Positions 8,854 through 17,556 of a stretch of DNA of 64,000 bases are shown in pieces. Within the stretch, counting starts at the first letter, position 1; every line of letters starts with the position of its first letter. The stretch spans positions 4,394 to 68,393 of the forward strand of contig CAZAYU010000001.1 in the NCBI GenBank assembly GCA_964489445.1, in the 5' to 3' direction. Position numbers and translations under genes: made by a program. The notes beneath the pieces were generated by a model. The model was not told the DNA's origin, made no database searches, and saw only the letters and a list, made by a program, of their open reading frames with translations. The DNA is from an uncultured Planctomycetia bacterium. GTDB taxonomy: Bacteria > Omnitrophota > Gorgyraeia > Duberdicusellales > 4484-171.

Positions 8854-9110
8854 AGATTTGCCAGACGTCCTATTTAGTACACCCTGCCATTAAAGACAAC
8901 GGACTCTGACGAGGCACCGCCACGAGTTAGAGTCCGTAAAGATATTTTATCGATATCCAGAGGCGAGAGGGTAAATAGCTTTTCACAATTTGCATTAATT
9001 CACCTCTTTAAAACGGCTAATTGTTCCATTGTTTTCTCGGTAATAACTATTTTCTAGGACCGTCAAAATTCCCGGCGTGAATTTTTCCTGGCACTTTGGC
9101 TTTAAATCTT
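8854..9110. repeat. Island repeat family, copy B. The left inverted-repeat motif is at 8862-8883 and the right half is truncated.
   Basis: Begins AGATTTGCCAGACGTCCTATTTA-GTACACC about 115 nt after the stop at 8741. Homology to copies A and D runs to about 9110, then diverges into a promoter-like sequence. Confidence 0.8.
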
Positions 9111-9112
9111 TC

Positions 9113-9141
9113 TTGACAGTTTTTTTGATCCGCGTTAGTAT
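9113..9141 (+). promoter_or_regulatory. sigma70-like promoter (TTGACA, 17-nt spacer, TAGTAT)
   Basis: TTGACA at 9113-9118, a 17-nt spacer, then TAGTAT at 9136-9141, about 110 nt upstream of the ATG at 9251. Confidence 0.5.
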
Positions 9142-9201
9142 ATAGTTAATTAGTTAAGTCCCGAGTTAGAGGAATAAATCCCGGACTTTAAAAAAGTAAA
9201 A

Positions 9202-9236
9202 CCTTCACTGGAAACGGTGAGGGATTTTTTATTTTT
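9202..9236 (+). terminator. leader hairpin plus T-tract (candidate attenuator) upstream of the TPR gene
   Basis: CCTTCAC-tggaaacg-GTGAGGG stem followed by GATTTTTTATTTTT. It ends 15 nt before the start codon at 9251. Confidence 0.45.
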
Positions 9237-9250
9237 AGGGAGATTTAAAC

Positions 9251-10924
9251 ATGAAGACAATTAAGTCATTTATTTTAATTCTAGTATTTTTTCTAATGGT
9301 TTTACCATCTGCATTTGCTAAGATTGAAGCCAATTTACTTAAACCACAAGATTTTCTTGGTGGACCTTCGAAAAAGCAAAAAATAAGAAAAACAATTACC
9401 AAACTTGAGCAAGCAATCAGCGAAGATCCAGATAACTATGAACTTTATGAGATGCTTGCTTTTGTTTGTGATCGGGGAAGGTTTTATGAAAAATCTCTGG
9501 AAGCACTTAAGCAGACGATAAAATATTATCCTGAAGGAGAAAAAGGGTTAGATATACTTTACGGAAATATTGCGAGAACATATATTATTCTTGATCGTTT
9601 AGATGAAGCCAAGCCGATTATTGATAAATCTTTAGAACTTAATTCTAAAAACATTGTTAACCATATAATTTTAGTAGAATACTATGTTTTAAAGAATAAG
9701 TATAAAGAAGCAGCCTTGGAATTAAAGCTGTTGACTGAACTTGATGAAACAGTAGATTTCTATCACGAGCTTTATGCTTCTAAGCTAGATAAGGGAGAGA
9801 AATATGATAACTTGGTAGCACTTTTTAGAGAAGCAGTTGCTGTTAATCCTGGAAGTCATTTATCGCATAGAACATTAGGGACAGCTATAAGAAATTCAGT
9901 AAATAATTTTGAGGAAAATTTTCCTTTGGCAATGGCGGAATACGAAAAAGCTTTGGAGATAGACCCAAAGTATTTACCCACATATATTAGCGTAGGTGAT
10001 GCCTATATGTTACTTGCCGTAAAAACAGAAAATAGAGAATATTTTGAGGATGCTTTAGCCTGGTTGAATAAAGGCAGTGAAATTGATCCTGGTAATGCAA
10101 GGATTGCCTATGTAATTGGTGAAGTATACTTTAGAATGGAAAATTACGATGAAGCTGCAAAGAAATTGGAATATGCTATAAATGAAGGGATAGATGAACC
10201 AAGGATAATTAATATGTTAGCAGTAGCCTGCAATAATAAAGCATATGCTTTATATGCCGAAGGAAAAAAATTAGATCAAGCTTTAGAATTAATAAATAAG
10301 GCACTCAGATTAAATCCAAAAGACGGAATTAGCTTAGGAACAAAAGCGGAGATTTTGTATAAGCTGGAAAGGTATGAAGAAGCTTATGAATATATTAAAA
10401 GAGCTTTGGTCTTAGAACCAGACTATGAAGAAATGAAGCAAGATTTAGTGAATATTGAAGAGGCTATGAAGTGGGATACTGGTAAAGAAGCCCGAGAAAT
10501 TGCCATTGAGAAAGGTATTCTACCGAAGAATATAGATGAAGCAGTTATTAAAGATTTGCTTGAAAGAAAAGATGTTCTTTCGCTATGGTTGATAGCCGAT
10601 AGATTGAAAAAAATTAGGATAGTAGATCGCATGAAAGCATTAGCCTATGAAGATGGAGTAATCATTAGGAGTCATTCGGAGTATTACGTAGAAGAGATTA
10701 ATAAAGGTCTTTACACCTCAATAAAAAACGAAGATAAGCACAACAACATGGCTAATCCAGTAGAATTTGTTTTTAAACTTATTGCGCTTGAACAAGGAGA
10801 TTACGATAATGGTATGGGTAAAGTAGAAGCGCTCAGAGATTATGCTGGAGATGAGCTGTTTGAGTGGTATAAAACGATGTGTCCAAAGAAGTATCAGTAT
10901 TTAGTTGAGATGGATAAACAATAG
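9251..10924 (+). CDS. TPR-repeat protein with an N-terminal signal peptide
   Basis: Signal peptide FILILVFFLMVLPSAFA. Multiple TPR-like helical repeats with periodic Y/A/L and E/D/P residues. Confidence 0.7.
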   Translation: MKTIKSFILILVFFLMVLPSAFAKIEANLLKPQDFLGGPSKKQKIRKTITKLEQAISEDPDNYELYEMLAFVCDRGRFYEKSLEALKQTIKYYPEGEKGLDILYGNIARTYIILDRLDEAKPIIDKSLELNSKNIVNHIILVEYYVLKNKYKEAALELKLLTELDETVDFYHELYASKLDKGEKYDNLVALFREAVAVNPGSHLSHRTLGTAIRNSVNNFEENFPLAMAEYEKALEIDPKYLPTYISVGDAYMLLAVKTENREYFEDALAWLNKGSEIDPGNARIAYVIGEVYFRMENYDEAAKKLEYAINEGIDEPRIINMLAVACNNKAYALYAEGKKLDQALELINKALRLNPKDGISLGTKAEILYKLERYEEAYEYIKRALVLEPDYEEMKQDLVNIEEAMKWDTGKEAREIAIEKGILPKNIDEAVIKDLLERKDVLSLWLIADRLKKIRIVDRMKALAYEDGVIIRSHSEYYVEEINKGLYTSIKNEDKHNNMANPVEFVFKLIALEQGDYDNGMGKVEALRDYAGDELFEWYKTMCPKKYQYLVEMDKQ

Positions 10925-10967
10925 AGGGTTGCTTTGGGCCATAAGTAAAAGGCTGTGGATGATCTAG

Positions 10968-11383
10968 TGACCAGGCGTCCTATTTGGGTACACCCTGCTA
11001 CCATGACAAAACCTAAGTAATATCCACGCTAAAAATAGCTTGAAGTTATCGTTTAGAAACATACACTGTGGATAAGAGGGAAAATGCAAGAAACAAGACT
11101 TGACCACGTTTTTCCATTCAGCAATAACTAATTTCTAAGGATCGGTAAAATTCCCGGCGTGAATTTTTCCTGGCACTTCAGTTTTAAAAATCTCTCGCCC
11201 TAACAGGCTCAAGATACCATGCTTTTAAAGCTTCAGAGCCTCCTTTTAAAATTGTTATTGCCTCAAGGTGCAATTTCCTCTTTAAATATACTCTTGTGTG
11301 TTTCTTAGATTTGATGTATATTTTGATTATGTGTCTAGGATATATTATTGAGTTTAGTAAGGTGTACCTAAATAGAACGACTG
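10968..11383. repeat. Island repeat family, copy C. Both ends are present (left motif 10971-10992, right motif 11361-11383) and the left internal half is a variant.
   Basis: CCAGGCGTCCTATTTGGGTACACCC lies 45 nt after the stop at 10924. The right two-thirds is shared with copies A and D. The right end is GGTGTACCTAAATAGAACGACTG. Confidence 0.8.
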
Positions 11384-11452
11384 TAGATAGTTAAATTTGC
11401 CTAATAGGGTGGAGAGCAAAGTGTTTGAACCCTATTAGGGACACTATTAACC

Positions 11453-12019
11453 ATGAATATAGCAAAGCTTGATGCTGCTAAGCGACAGTTAGATACTGCT
11501 ATCAATTTATTTTTTAAAGAAGCTGACTCAGTTTCAATGCATACCCTAACTGCTGCTGCTCATCAAATATTAATGGATTTAGCTAAATTAAAAGGGGCAA
11601 TGTCTTTTATAAAAACCCCGACACTGATTAAAAAGGAAATGCAGAAAAAATATCTTTATGTGATTAATGAAGCAGAAAATTTTTTTAAACATGCAGCAAA
11701 AGATTCAGATAAATTATTGGAATTTAATCCTGAACAGACTGAATTTTTATTGTTAGATGCGGTGGAAATGTATACGCAATTAACCAAGGAAGCCCCTGAA
11801 GATATGTCTATATATAGAATGTGGTTTTTCATAAAACATCCTGAAATTATTAGCGATGAAACTCGTAAGGGAATAGAGGCTAAAAACCTTAGCATTCAAA
11901 AATACAGGGCGATGCATAAGCTAAAATTTTACACAAAGATGAAAGACTCTTTTATGTATAGGGCGGAGAACAAAGTGTTCAAGTCCTATTCGGGAATTTT
12001 ATTTTATGATTATTTGTGA
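11453..12019 (+). CDS. hypothetical protein (188 aa)
   Basis: Intact ORF with no recognisable family by eye. A remnant of a homologous 3' coding end lies just upstream at 11404-11443. Confidence 0.5.
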   Translation: MNIAKLDAAKRQLDTAINLFFKEADSVSMHTLTAAAHQILMDLAKLKGAMSFIKTPTLIKKEMQKKYLYVINEAENFFKHAAKDSDKLLEFNPEQTEFLLLDAVEMYTQLTKEAPEDMSIYRMWFFIKHPEIISDETRKGIEAKNLSIQKYRAMHKLKFYTKMKDSFMYRAENKVFKSYSGILFYDYL

Positions 12020-12037
12020 GTAAAAAAGGAGGAGCTA

Positions 12038-12556
12038 ATGGCTAATCTAAAGGATCGTATTATTCGGGCGGCTAAGTTGGATGTTAATCTCTATGAAGAA
12101 GTTGAGGCTGACAAGGGAGCATTCTGGCAGGCCATGACTGTTGTTGTTCTTTCCAGTATCGCAGCCGGAATAGGCAGCATCACGAAAGTTGGGCTTGGCG
12201 GAATTCTTATCTTGACAATTGCATCCCTTGTTGGATGGTATCTCTGGGCATTACTTACTTATTTTATTGGCACCAAGCTCCTTCCTGAACCTCAGACGAA
12301 AGCAGACATAGGTGAATTATTGCGGACTATCGGTTTTTCAAGTTCTCCTGGTTTAATTCGAGTGTTTGGTATTATCCCAGGATTAGGAATAATAGTTTAT
12401 CCTGCAGCGTTAATATGGATGTTGGTAGCAATGATTATCGCGGTGAGACAGGCTCTCGATTACAAAAGCACTTTACGAGCTATCGGGGTTTGCGTAATCA
12501 GCTGGGTTATTCAAATGCTAATTCTTATTTTTCTGTTTGGACTAAAACCAGCCTAA
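12038..12556 (+). CDS. Yip1-domain membrane protein
   Basis: RBS AAGGAGG 7 nt upstream. Soluble N-terminus (RIIRAAKLDVNLYEEVEADKGAFWQA) followed by 4-5 transmembrane helices, as in Yip1/YIP-family proteins. Confidence 0.65.
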   Translation: MANLKDRIIRAAKLDVNLYEEVEADKGAFWQAMTVVVLSSIAAGIGSITKVGLGGILILTIASLVGWYLWALLTYFIGTKLLPEPQTKADIGELLRTIGFSSSPGLIRVFGIIPGLGIIVYPAALIWMLVAMIIAVRQALDYKSTLRAIGVCVISWVIQMLILIFLFGLKPA

Positions 12557-12571
12557 TATATATGCAAGAGC

Positions 12572-12988
12572 AGATTTGCCAGACGTCCTATTTGGGTACA
12601 CCCTGCTACTAAAGACAATGAATTCTGACGAGGCTCTGTCCAATTCAGAGTCCGTAAAGATATTTTATCGATATCCAGAGGCGAGAGGGTAAATAGCTTT
12701 TCGCAATTTGCATCATCACCCCACTAAAACGGTTAATTATTCCATTGTTTTTTCGGCAATAACTAATTTCTAAGGATCGGTAAAATTCCCAGCGCGAATT
12801 TTTCCTGGCACTTCAGTTTTAAAAATCTCTCACCTTAACAGGCTTAAGATACCATGCTTTTAAAGCTTCAGAGCCTCCTTTTAAAATTGTTATTGCCTCA
12901 AGGTGCAATTTCCTCTTTAAATATAATCTTGTGTGTTTCTTATATTTGATGTATATTTTTGTTAGGGTGTACTCAAATAAGACGTTTG
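12572..12988. repeat. Island repeat family, copy D, full length. Left motif at 12580-12602 and a degenerate right motif at 12966-12988.
   Basis: AGATTTGCCAGACGTCCTATTTGGGTACACCCTGCTACTAAAGACAATGAATTCTGACGAGGC... lies 16 nt after the stop at 12556. Collinear with copy A over about 400 bp. Confidence 0.85.
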
Positions 12989-13026
12989 TGGTTTTTGTCT
13001 AATATTAATCAAAATGGAGGTATCTT

Positions 13027-13374
13027 ATGAATGATGTAAAAGATATGATAGAAAAAATTAAAAAATTTAGAGATGATAGGGACTGGATGCAATTCCATGA
13101 CCCCAAGAATATGGCTGTTTCAATAATTTTAGAAGCTTCCGAGCTACTAGAACATTTCCAATGGAAGACTATTAAAGAAGTAGATGAATGCGCAAAACAA
13201 AATCAAGATGAGATTCAAGATGAAATTGCTGACATCGCTTTATATCTTTTTGAGATGGCAGATAATTTAGGAATAGACTTAATTAAAGCCATGGAAAAAA
13301 AGTTAGCAAAAAATGAAAAAAAATATCCAGTAAGCAAGGCTCGGGGGAAACATACTAAATACAATAGACTATGA
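13027..13374 (+). CDS. MazG-like nucleotide pyrophosphohydrolase
   Basis: RBS GGAGG. All-alpha MazG/HisE-type signature: DWMQFHDPKNMAVSIILEASELLEHFQWK ... EIADIALYLFEMAD. Confidence 0.75.
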   Translation: MNDVKDMIEKIKKFRDDRDWMQFHDPKNMAVSIILEASELLEHFQWKTIKEVDECAKQNQDEIQDEIADIALYLFEMADNLGIDLIKAMEKKLAKNEKKYPVSKARGKHTKYNRL

Positions 13375-15755
13375 TAGTTTACAGTAGTACAGTCAAAAAG
13401 TTTATTAATGATATTTGTGAGAATAGAATTGATGAAGAAATTGATAGATCTTGCTTAAAAGCTCTTGGGCGTAGCTTTTTAAAGAGGGAAGGAAAAGCGT
13501 GGCGTAATTCTTTAGGATATATGGAAAGGGTTGTCCAAAAGGCCGACCTACCCGATGATTGCGGTGTTTTGATAGAGTACACTATTCCATCAACATTCAA
13601 GCGAATTGATTTTATTGTTTCTGGCAAAGACGAGCAAGGTAATAACAACTTTATTATCGTTGAGTTGAAGCAGTGGGAAACAGCTTCAAGTACCCATAAG
13701 GATTCAGTTGTCACTACTTTGTTGGGAGGTTGTCCTAATTGCGAAACTACACACCCATCGTATCAAGCTTATTCATACAAGATGTTTATGAAAGATTTTA
13801 ATGAAAATGTTTACAAAGGTAGTTTGTTGCCTTTTTCGTGTGCTTACCTTCATAATTACATTGAAGGGAATCCGGAGCCTTTGAGAGAAGAGGCATACGA
13901 AGAAATAGTTTCTGATACCCCGGTATTTTTTAAGCATGATAGCGAAAAGTTATCTAATTTTCTTAAAAAACACGTTGGCAAAGGTTTTGGCGAGACTATC
14001 TTGTATGAAATCGAAGCGGGTAGAATTCGTCCTAGTAGGAAGCTGATAGATCATGTTTGTGAAATGTTTAAAGGTAATAAATCGTTTATATTGATTGATG
14101 ATCAAAAAATTGCTTACGAGAAAGCAGTCGACTCAGCATTGCATGCTACAAAAAAATCAGTTTTAATAATAAAAGGTGGACCAGGAACGGGTAAGTCCGT
14201 TATTTCGATGAATGTTTTGGGCGGTATTTTAAGCGGTGAAAAGAATGTTGCTTTTGTCGCGCCTAATGCGTCATTTAGAAATGTTTTGCTTCAAAGTCTA
14301 GCGAAAGAGAATAAGTCCGCAAGGATTAAGCATTTGTTCAAAGGTTCGGCTTGTTTCCATGATGTGGAGCAGCATACCTATGATGTTTTGATTGTGGATG
14401 AAGCTCATCGATTAAAAAACAAATCAGCATATCAATATCAAGGCGATAATCAGGTTGAGGATTTAATTAAGTCGTCTTTTGTTACTATTTTCTTTATTGA
14501 TGATAACCAAAGGATTAGGCCTGAAGATATCGGAACGGTAGAGGAGCTAAAACGTGTAGCAAGTAAATACACTGCTAACGTTGAGGTGATTGAACTCACA
14601 GCTCAATTTAGATGTTCTGGCACGGAAGGCTATGTCAATTGGCTAGATGATGTTTTGCATATCCGGCAAACTGCTAATTATGATGGATGGAATCAGAAAG
14701 AGTTTGATTTTAAAATTTGTGCTACACCGCAAGAGTTACATTCGAGAATAAAACAGAAAAATCATGAAAGATTTAACGCTAGAATGTTAGCAGGGTATGC
14801 ATGGAGTTGGACCGCTAAGGATGAAGGTAACAATAACGCTCAGGCAAATGATGTGAATATAGATGAACACGGTTTTGCTTTGCCCTGGAATTCTAGATCA
14901 ATGCGTACAAGCTGGGCGATTGAAAAAGACGGAGTTAATCAGGTTGGTTGCATTCATACCTCGCAGGGCTTAGAGTTTGACTATGTTGGGGTTATTGTCG
15001 GCAAAGATTTAGTTTTTAACTCAGATAATTGCGAATATTCGGCAGATTGGCAAAACTACAAAGATATGGCGGGTAAGAAGGGGCTGAGAGAAGATCTTGC
15101 ACAATTGAGCGTACTTATAAGAAACATTTATAAAACATTAATGACACGTGGAATGAGGGGGTGTTATGTCTATTTTTGTGATAAAAATGTAGAGCACTAT
15201 TTTAAACAAAGGTTAGATACTGTTACACAAAGCAAAAAATTAGTGCTTTCCGATATTGTTCCTGAAAAAGATCAGTTAACAACCGAACAAGATATCGCAG
15301 ATAGGTTGAAGTATACAGAATATTTACCAGTTTATTCTCTTGAAGCAGCTGCGGGTAAGTTTGGCGAAGGCATGGATACATATGAAAATGGCTGGATAAA
15401 AACTAACATTAATAAAAAATTAAATAAATGCATGTTTGTAATTAAAGTAGTTGGCCATTCAATGGAGCCATTAATACCAGATAATAGCTATTGTATTTTC
15501 AGAACAGGTGTTGAAGGAACGAGAAATAATAAAATAGTTTTAGTTCAACATCAAGGTATTGCCGATAGCGATACTAGTGGAAAATATACAGTCAAAAAGT
15601 ATAGCAGTAAGAAAACATCTAAGGATGATGGCGATGCTTGGGAACATGAGGAGATAATACTTTCACCTTTAAATGGTGATTATGAGCCAATGGTTATAAA
15701 AAATTCTGAGGAAGGGGACTTCAAAGTTATTGCTGAATTCATTACAGTGCTTTGA
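13371..15755 (+). CDS. fusion protein: PD-(D/E)xK-like nuclease motif, DUF2075/Schlafen-like P-loop ATPase, LexA-type S24 peptidase domain
   Basis: ATGA start/stop overlap with the MazG-like ORF. N-terminus has RIDFIVSG...IIVELKQW, a D...E-x-K nuclease motif. Walker A is GGPGTGKSV and Walker B/DEAH-like is LIVDEAHRL. C-terminus has LEAAAG-KFGEG (candidate Ala-Gly autocleavage site), VGHSMEP (G-x-S-M nucleophile motif of LexA/UmuD) and KYTVKKY (catalytic Lys region). Confidence 0.75.
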   Translation: MIVYSSTVKKFINDICENRIDEEIDRSCLKALGRSFLKREGKAWRNSLGYMERVVQKADLPDDCGVLIEYTIPSTFKRIDFIVSGKDEQGNNNFIIVELKQWETASSTHKDSVVTTLLGGCPNCETTHPSYQAYSYKMFMKDFNENVYKGSLLPFSCAYLHNYIEGNPEPLREEAYEEIVSDTPVFFKHDSEKLSNFLKKHVGKGFGETILYEIEAGRIRPSRKLIDHVCEMFKGNKSFILIDDQKIAYEKAVDSALHATKKSVLIIKGGPGTGKSVISMNVLGGILSGEKNVAFVAPNASFRNVLLQSLAKENKSARIKHLFKGSACFHDVEQHTYDVLIVDEAHRLKNKSAYQYQGDNQVEDLIKSSFVTIFFIDDNQRIRPEDIGTVEELKRVASKYTANVEVIELTAQFRCSGTEGYVNWLDDVLHIRQTANYDGWNQKEFDFKICATPQELHSRIKQKNHERFNARMLAGYAWSWTAKDEGNNNAQANDVNIDEHGFALPWNSRSMRTSWAIEKDGVNQVGCIHTSQGLEFDYVGVIVGKDLVFNSDNCEYSADWQNYKDMAGKKGLREDLAQLSVLIRNIYKTLMTRGMRGCYVYFCDKNVEHYFKQRLDTVTQSKKLVLSDIVPEKDQLTTEQDIADRLKYTEYLPVYSLEAAAGKFGEGMDTYENGWIKTNINKKLNKCMFVIKVVGHSMEPLIPDNSYCIFRTGVEGTRNNKIVLVQHQGIADSDTSGKYTVKKYSSKKTSKDDGDAWEHEEIILSPLNGDYEPMVIKNSEEGDFKVIAEFITVL

Positions 15756-15793
15756 TTTTTTATGAAACGCGAATATTATTCTGCTACAATTTC

Positions 15794-15825
15794 AATTACC
15801 AGACGTCCTATTTAGGTGCACCCTA
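15794..15825. repeat. solo copy of the island-repeat left-end motif
   Basis: AATTACCAGACGTCCTATTTAGGTGCACCCTA lies 38 nt after the stop at 15755, in the same orientation as the other copies. Confidence 0.75.
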
Positions 15826-15915
15826 CAAAAAATAACACCTTTTTTAATTAAATTTAATCTCTTTTTGGTTTCTAGTTTGCTTTAAATCTTGGAATACTTA
15901 AAGCAAATTGCTTTA

Positions 15916-15944
15916 TTGACTGCTTTTTAAATGGTATGTATAAT
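15916..15944 (+). promoter_or_regulatory. sigma70 consensus-like promoter (TTGACT, 17-nt spacer, TATAAT)
   Basis: TTGACT at 15916-15921, a 17-nt spacer, TATAAT at 15939-15944. The ATG at 15963 follows about 12 nt after the predicted transcription start, so the leader is short or absent. Confidence 0.5.
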
Positions 15945-15962
15945 CATTAGTTTAATACGCTT

Positions 15963-17546
15963 ATGAAAGATAGCTCAAAACGAATAATTTGTAGCATTTT
16001 AGCCTTCCAGCTATTCTGTTTTAATCAACACGCCATAGCCTATGCGGCCACCCAGATTACAAAAAAAACAAAAGCCCCTAGGATTCGTATTTATGATGCT
16101 CCGGATGCTGAAAATAAATTCTACAAAGGGGATTTTGACGGTGCAGCATTTATCTTTGATGCCTTAGGACAAAAGAAAGATAAAAATTTCGCCCTTTTTA
16201 ATAATCAATTAGGCTCTATATATTTAGCTAAAGGTGATTACGAAAAAGCCTTAGACTCTTTTCTTAAAGCCTATTATCTAATGAATGATATATCAGCTTT
16301 TACGAATTTAGAATCAGGGTCTGTTTCTTTATTCGGTAGTGAGGCAAAAAAGGCTTATAAGGGCGATCCTTATGAAAAGGTTTTTAATTCTTTATATGTT
16401 GGCCTACTGCTTGCAGACAAAGGGGATTTTGATAATGCGCTGGCAGCTTTTAAAAATGGAATATTGTGTGATTCTGACGTAGCAGCAGAGCTATACCGAA
16501 GTGACGTTTTTTCATTATATCTTTTTGCGGCTAGATTTACTTTAAAGCAAAATAATCCATCATTAAGTAAAGATTATTTTAATAAGGCCATAGAGGCTTA
16601 TCGTTTAGCATCTCCTTTAAATAGTTCCCTGGTCTCGCAAGAGCAGGCATTAGTTACTTTATTGTATGAAAAACAAGAGGAGTTTGAAAAGCTAGAAAAC
16701 ACCGGAGAACTTTCTAAGCCAGGAAATAATGAAGGCATGTTTGTTTCAGGATCTGACAATGGCTCCAATGAGAATAAAGGAACGGAAAAAGTCTATGGCA
16801 AAAAAACACTTGAAAAGATGGAAGTACTTTCTGGGGAAATAGGAGAACTTGACAAAAATATAAAAAATCTATCAAGCCAAAGAGAAGAGAACAACAGAAA
16901 TATAGATATTTCTATTCTTAAGCCATTTATCGACTTAGAAAATAACACATTTTTATGTCTTGAGATTGGACGAGGACCACTAAAATACCAAATTGGCCAG
17001 TATGGTCAATTAGCGGTATTTACTGTTAAGCCTCACGGGATCAACGCGGTTAAAATTTTTGTAGACGATAAAGAAGTGAATACGAATTTGCTTTCGTCAA
17101 ATAATGATGTTTTTTTTCAGGCAACAACAAGAGGCGGAAGAGAAATGGATAGTATTCTTAAAGGACAAGCTAAGTTTAAGCAAACTACAGCCGAGACGTC
17201 TTTAGCGTTTATTCGAACGTCACAAAATATGCAAAACCAGGCTAACCAGATGGCTTCGACAAACCCTAACTATGATGCATCAGGACAGTATGCCGCAGCA
17301 GGAGTGATAGCCTTAGCCGGCCTTATAATAGCGTTAACGAGTGCAGCAGCTAATCCTGTTGCAGATGTAAGACATTGGAGCCTTTTGCCGGGAAACATGG
17401 TTATTTTACCTTTTTCTTTAGGGTCCGGTACACATAGTATTAAAATCGAGTGTTATAATAATGAGTCTACTCTTTCGGATAGTTTGGAACTTGGCATTAA
17501 TGTAAGAGAGGACAAAGATAATTTTATATTTAAAAGAATTTTTTAG
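15963..17546 (+). CDS. hypothetical secreted protein with an N-terminal TPR-like region
   Basis: Signal peptide ILAFQLFCFNQHAIAYAA, TPR-like helical N-terminal half, and a C-terminal region with a hydrophobic segment (AAAGVIALAGLIIALT). Confidence 0.55.
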   Translation: MKDSSKRIICSILAFQLFCFNQHAIAYAATQITKKTKAPRIRIYDAPDAENKFYKGDFDGAAFIFDALGQKKDKNFALFNNQLGSIYLAKGDYEKALDSFLKAYYLMNDISAFTNLESGSVSLFGSEAKKAYKGDPYEKVFNSLYVGLLLADKGDFDNALAAFKNGILCDSDVAAELYRSDVFSLYLFAARFTLKQNNPSLSKDYFNKAIEAYRLASPLNSSLVSQEQALVTLLYEKQEEFEKLENTGELSKPGNNEGMFVSGSDNGSNENKGTEKVYGKKTLEKMEVLSGEIGELDKNIKNLSSQREENNRNIDISILKPFIDLENNTFLCLEIGRGPLKYQIGQYGQLAVFTVKPHGINAVKIFVDDKEVNTNLLSSNNDVFFQATTRGGREMDSILKGQAKFKQTTAETSLAFIRTSQNMQNQANQMASTNPNYDASGQYAAAGVIALAGLIIALTSAAANPVADVRHWSLLPGNMVILPFSLGSGTHSIKIECYNNESTLSDSLELGINVREDKDNFIFKRIF

Positions 17547-17556
17547 ATTATAAAAA

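Noticed and set aside
6641-12988. Canonical integron (attC sites with R'' RYYYAAC and R' GTTRRRY cores, plus intI)
   Set aside because: I could not recognise the canonical core sites at the repeat ends. The full element (about 420 bp) is far longer than known attC sites. No IntI-like tyrosine recombinase gene is in the window. The analogy is kept only as a hypothesis in the findings.
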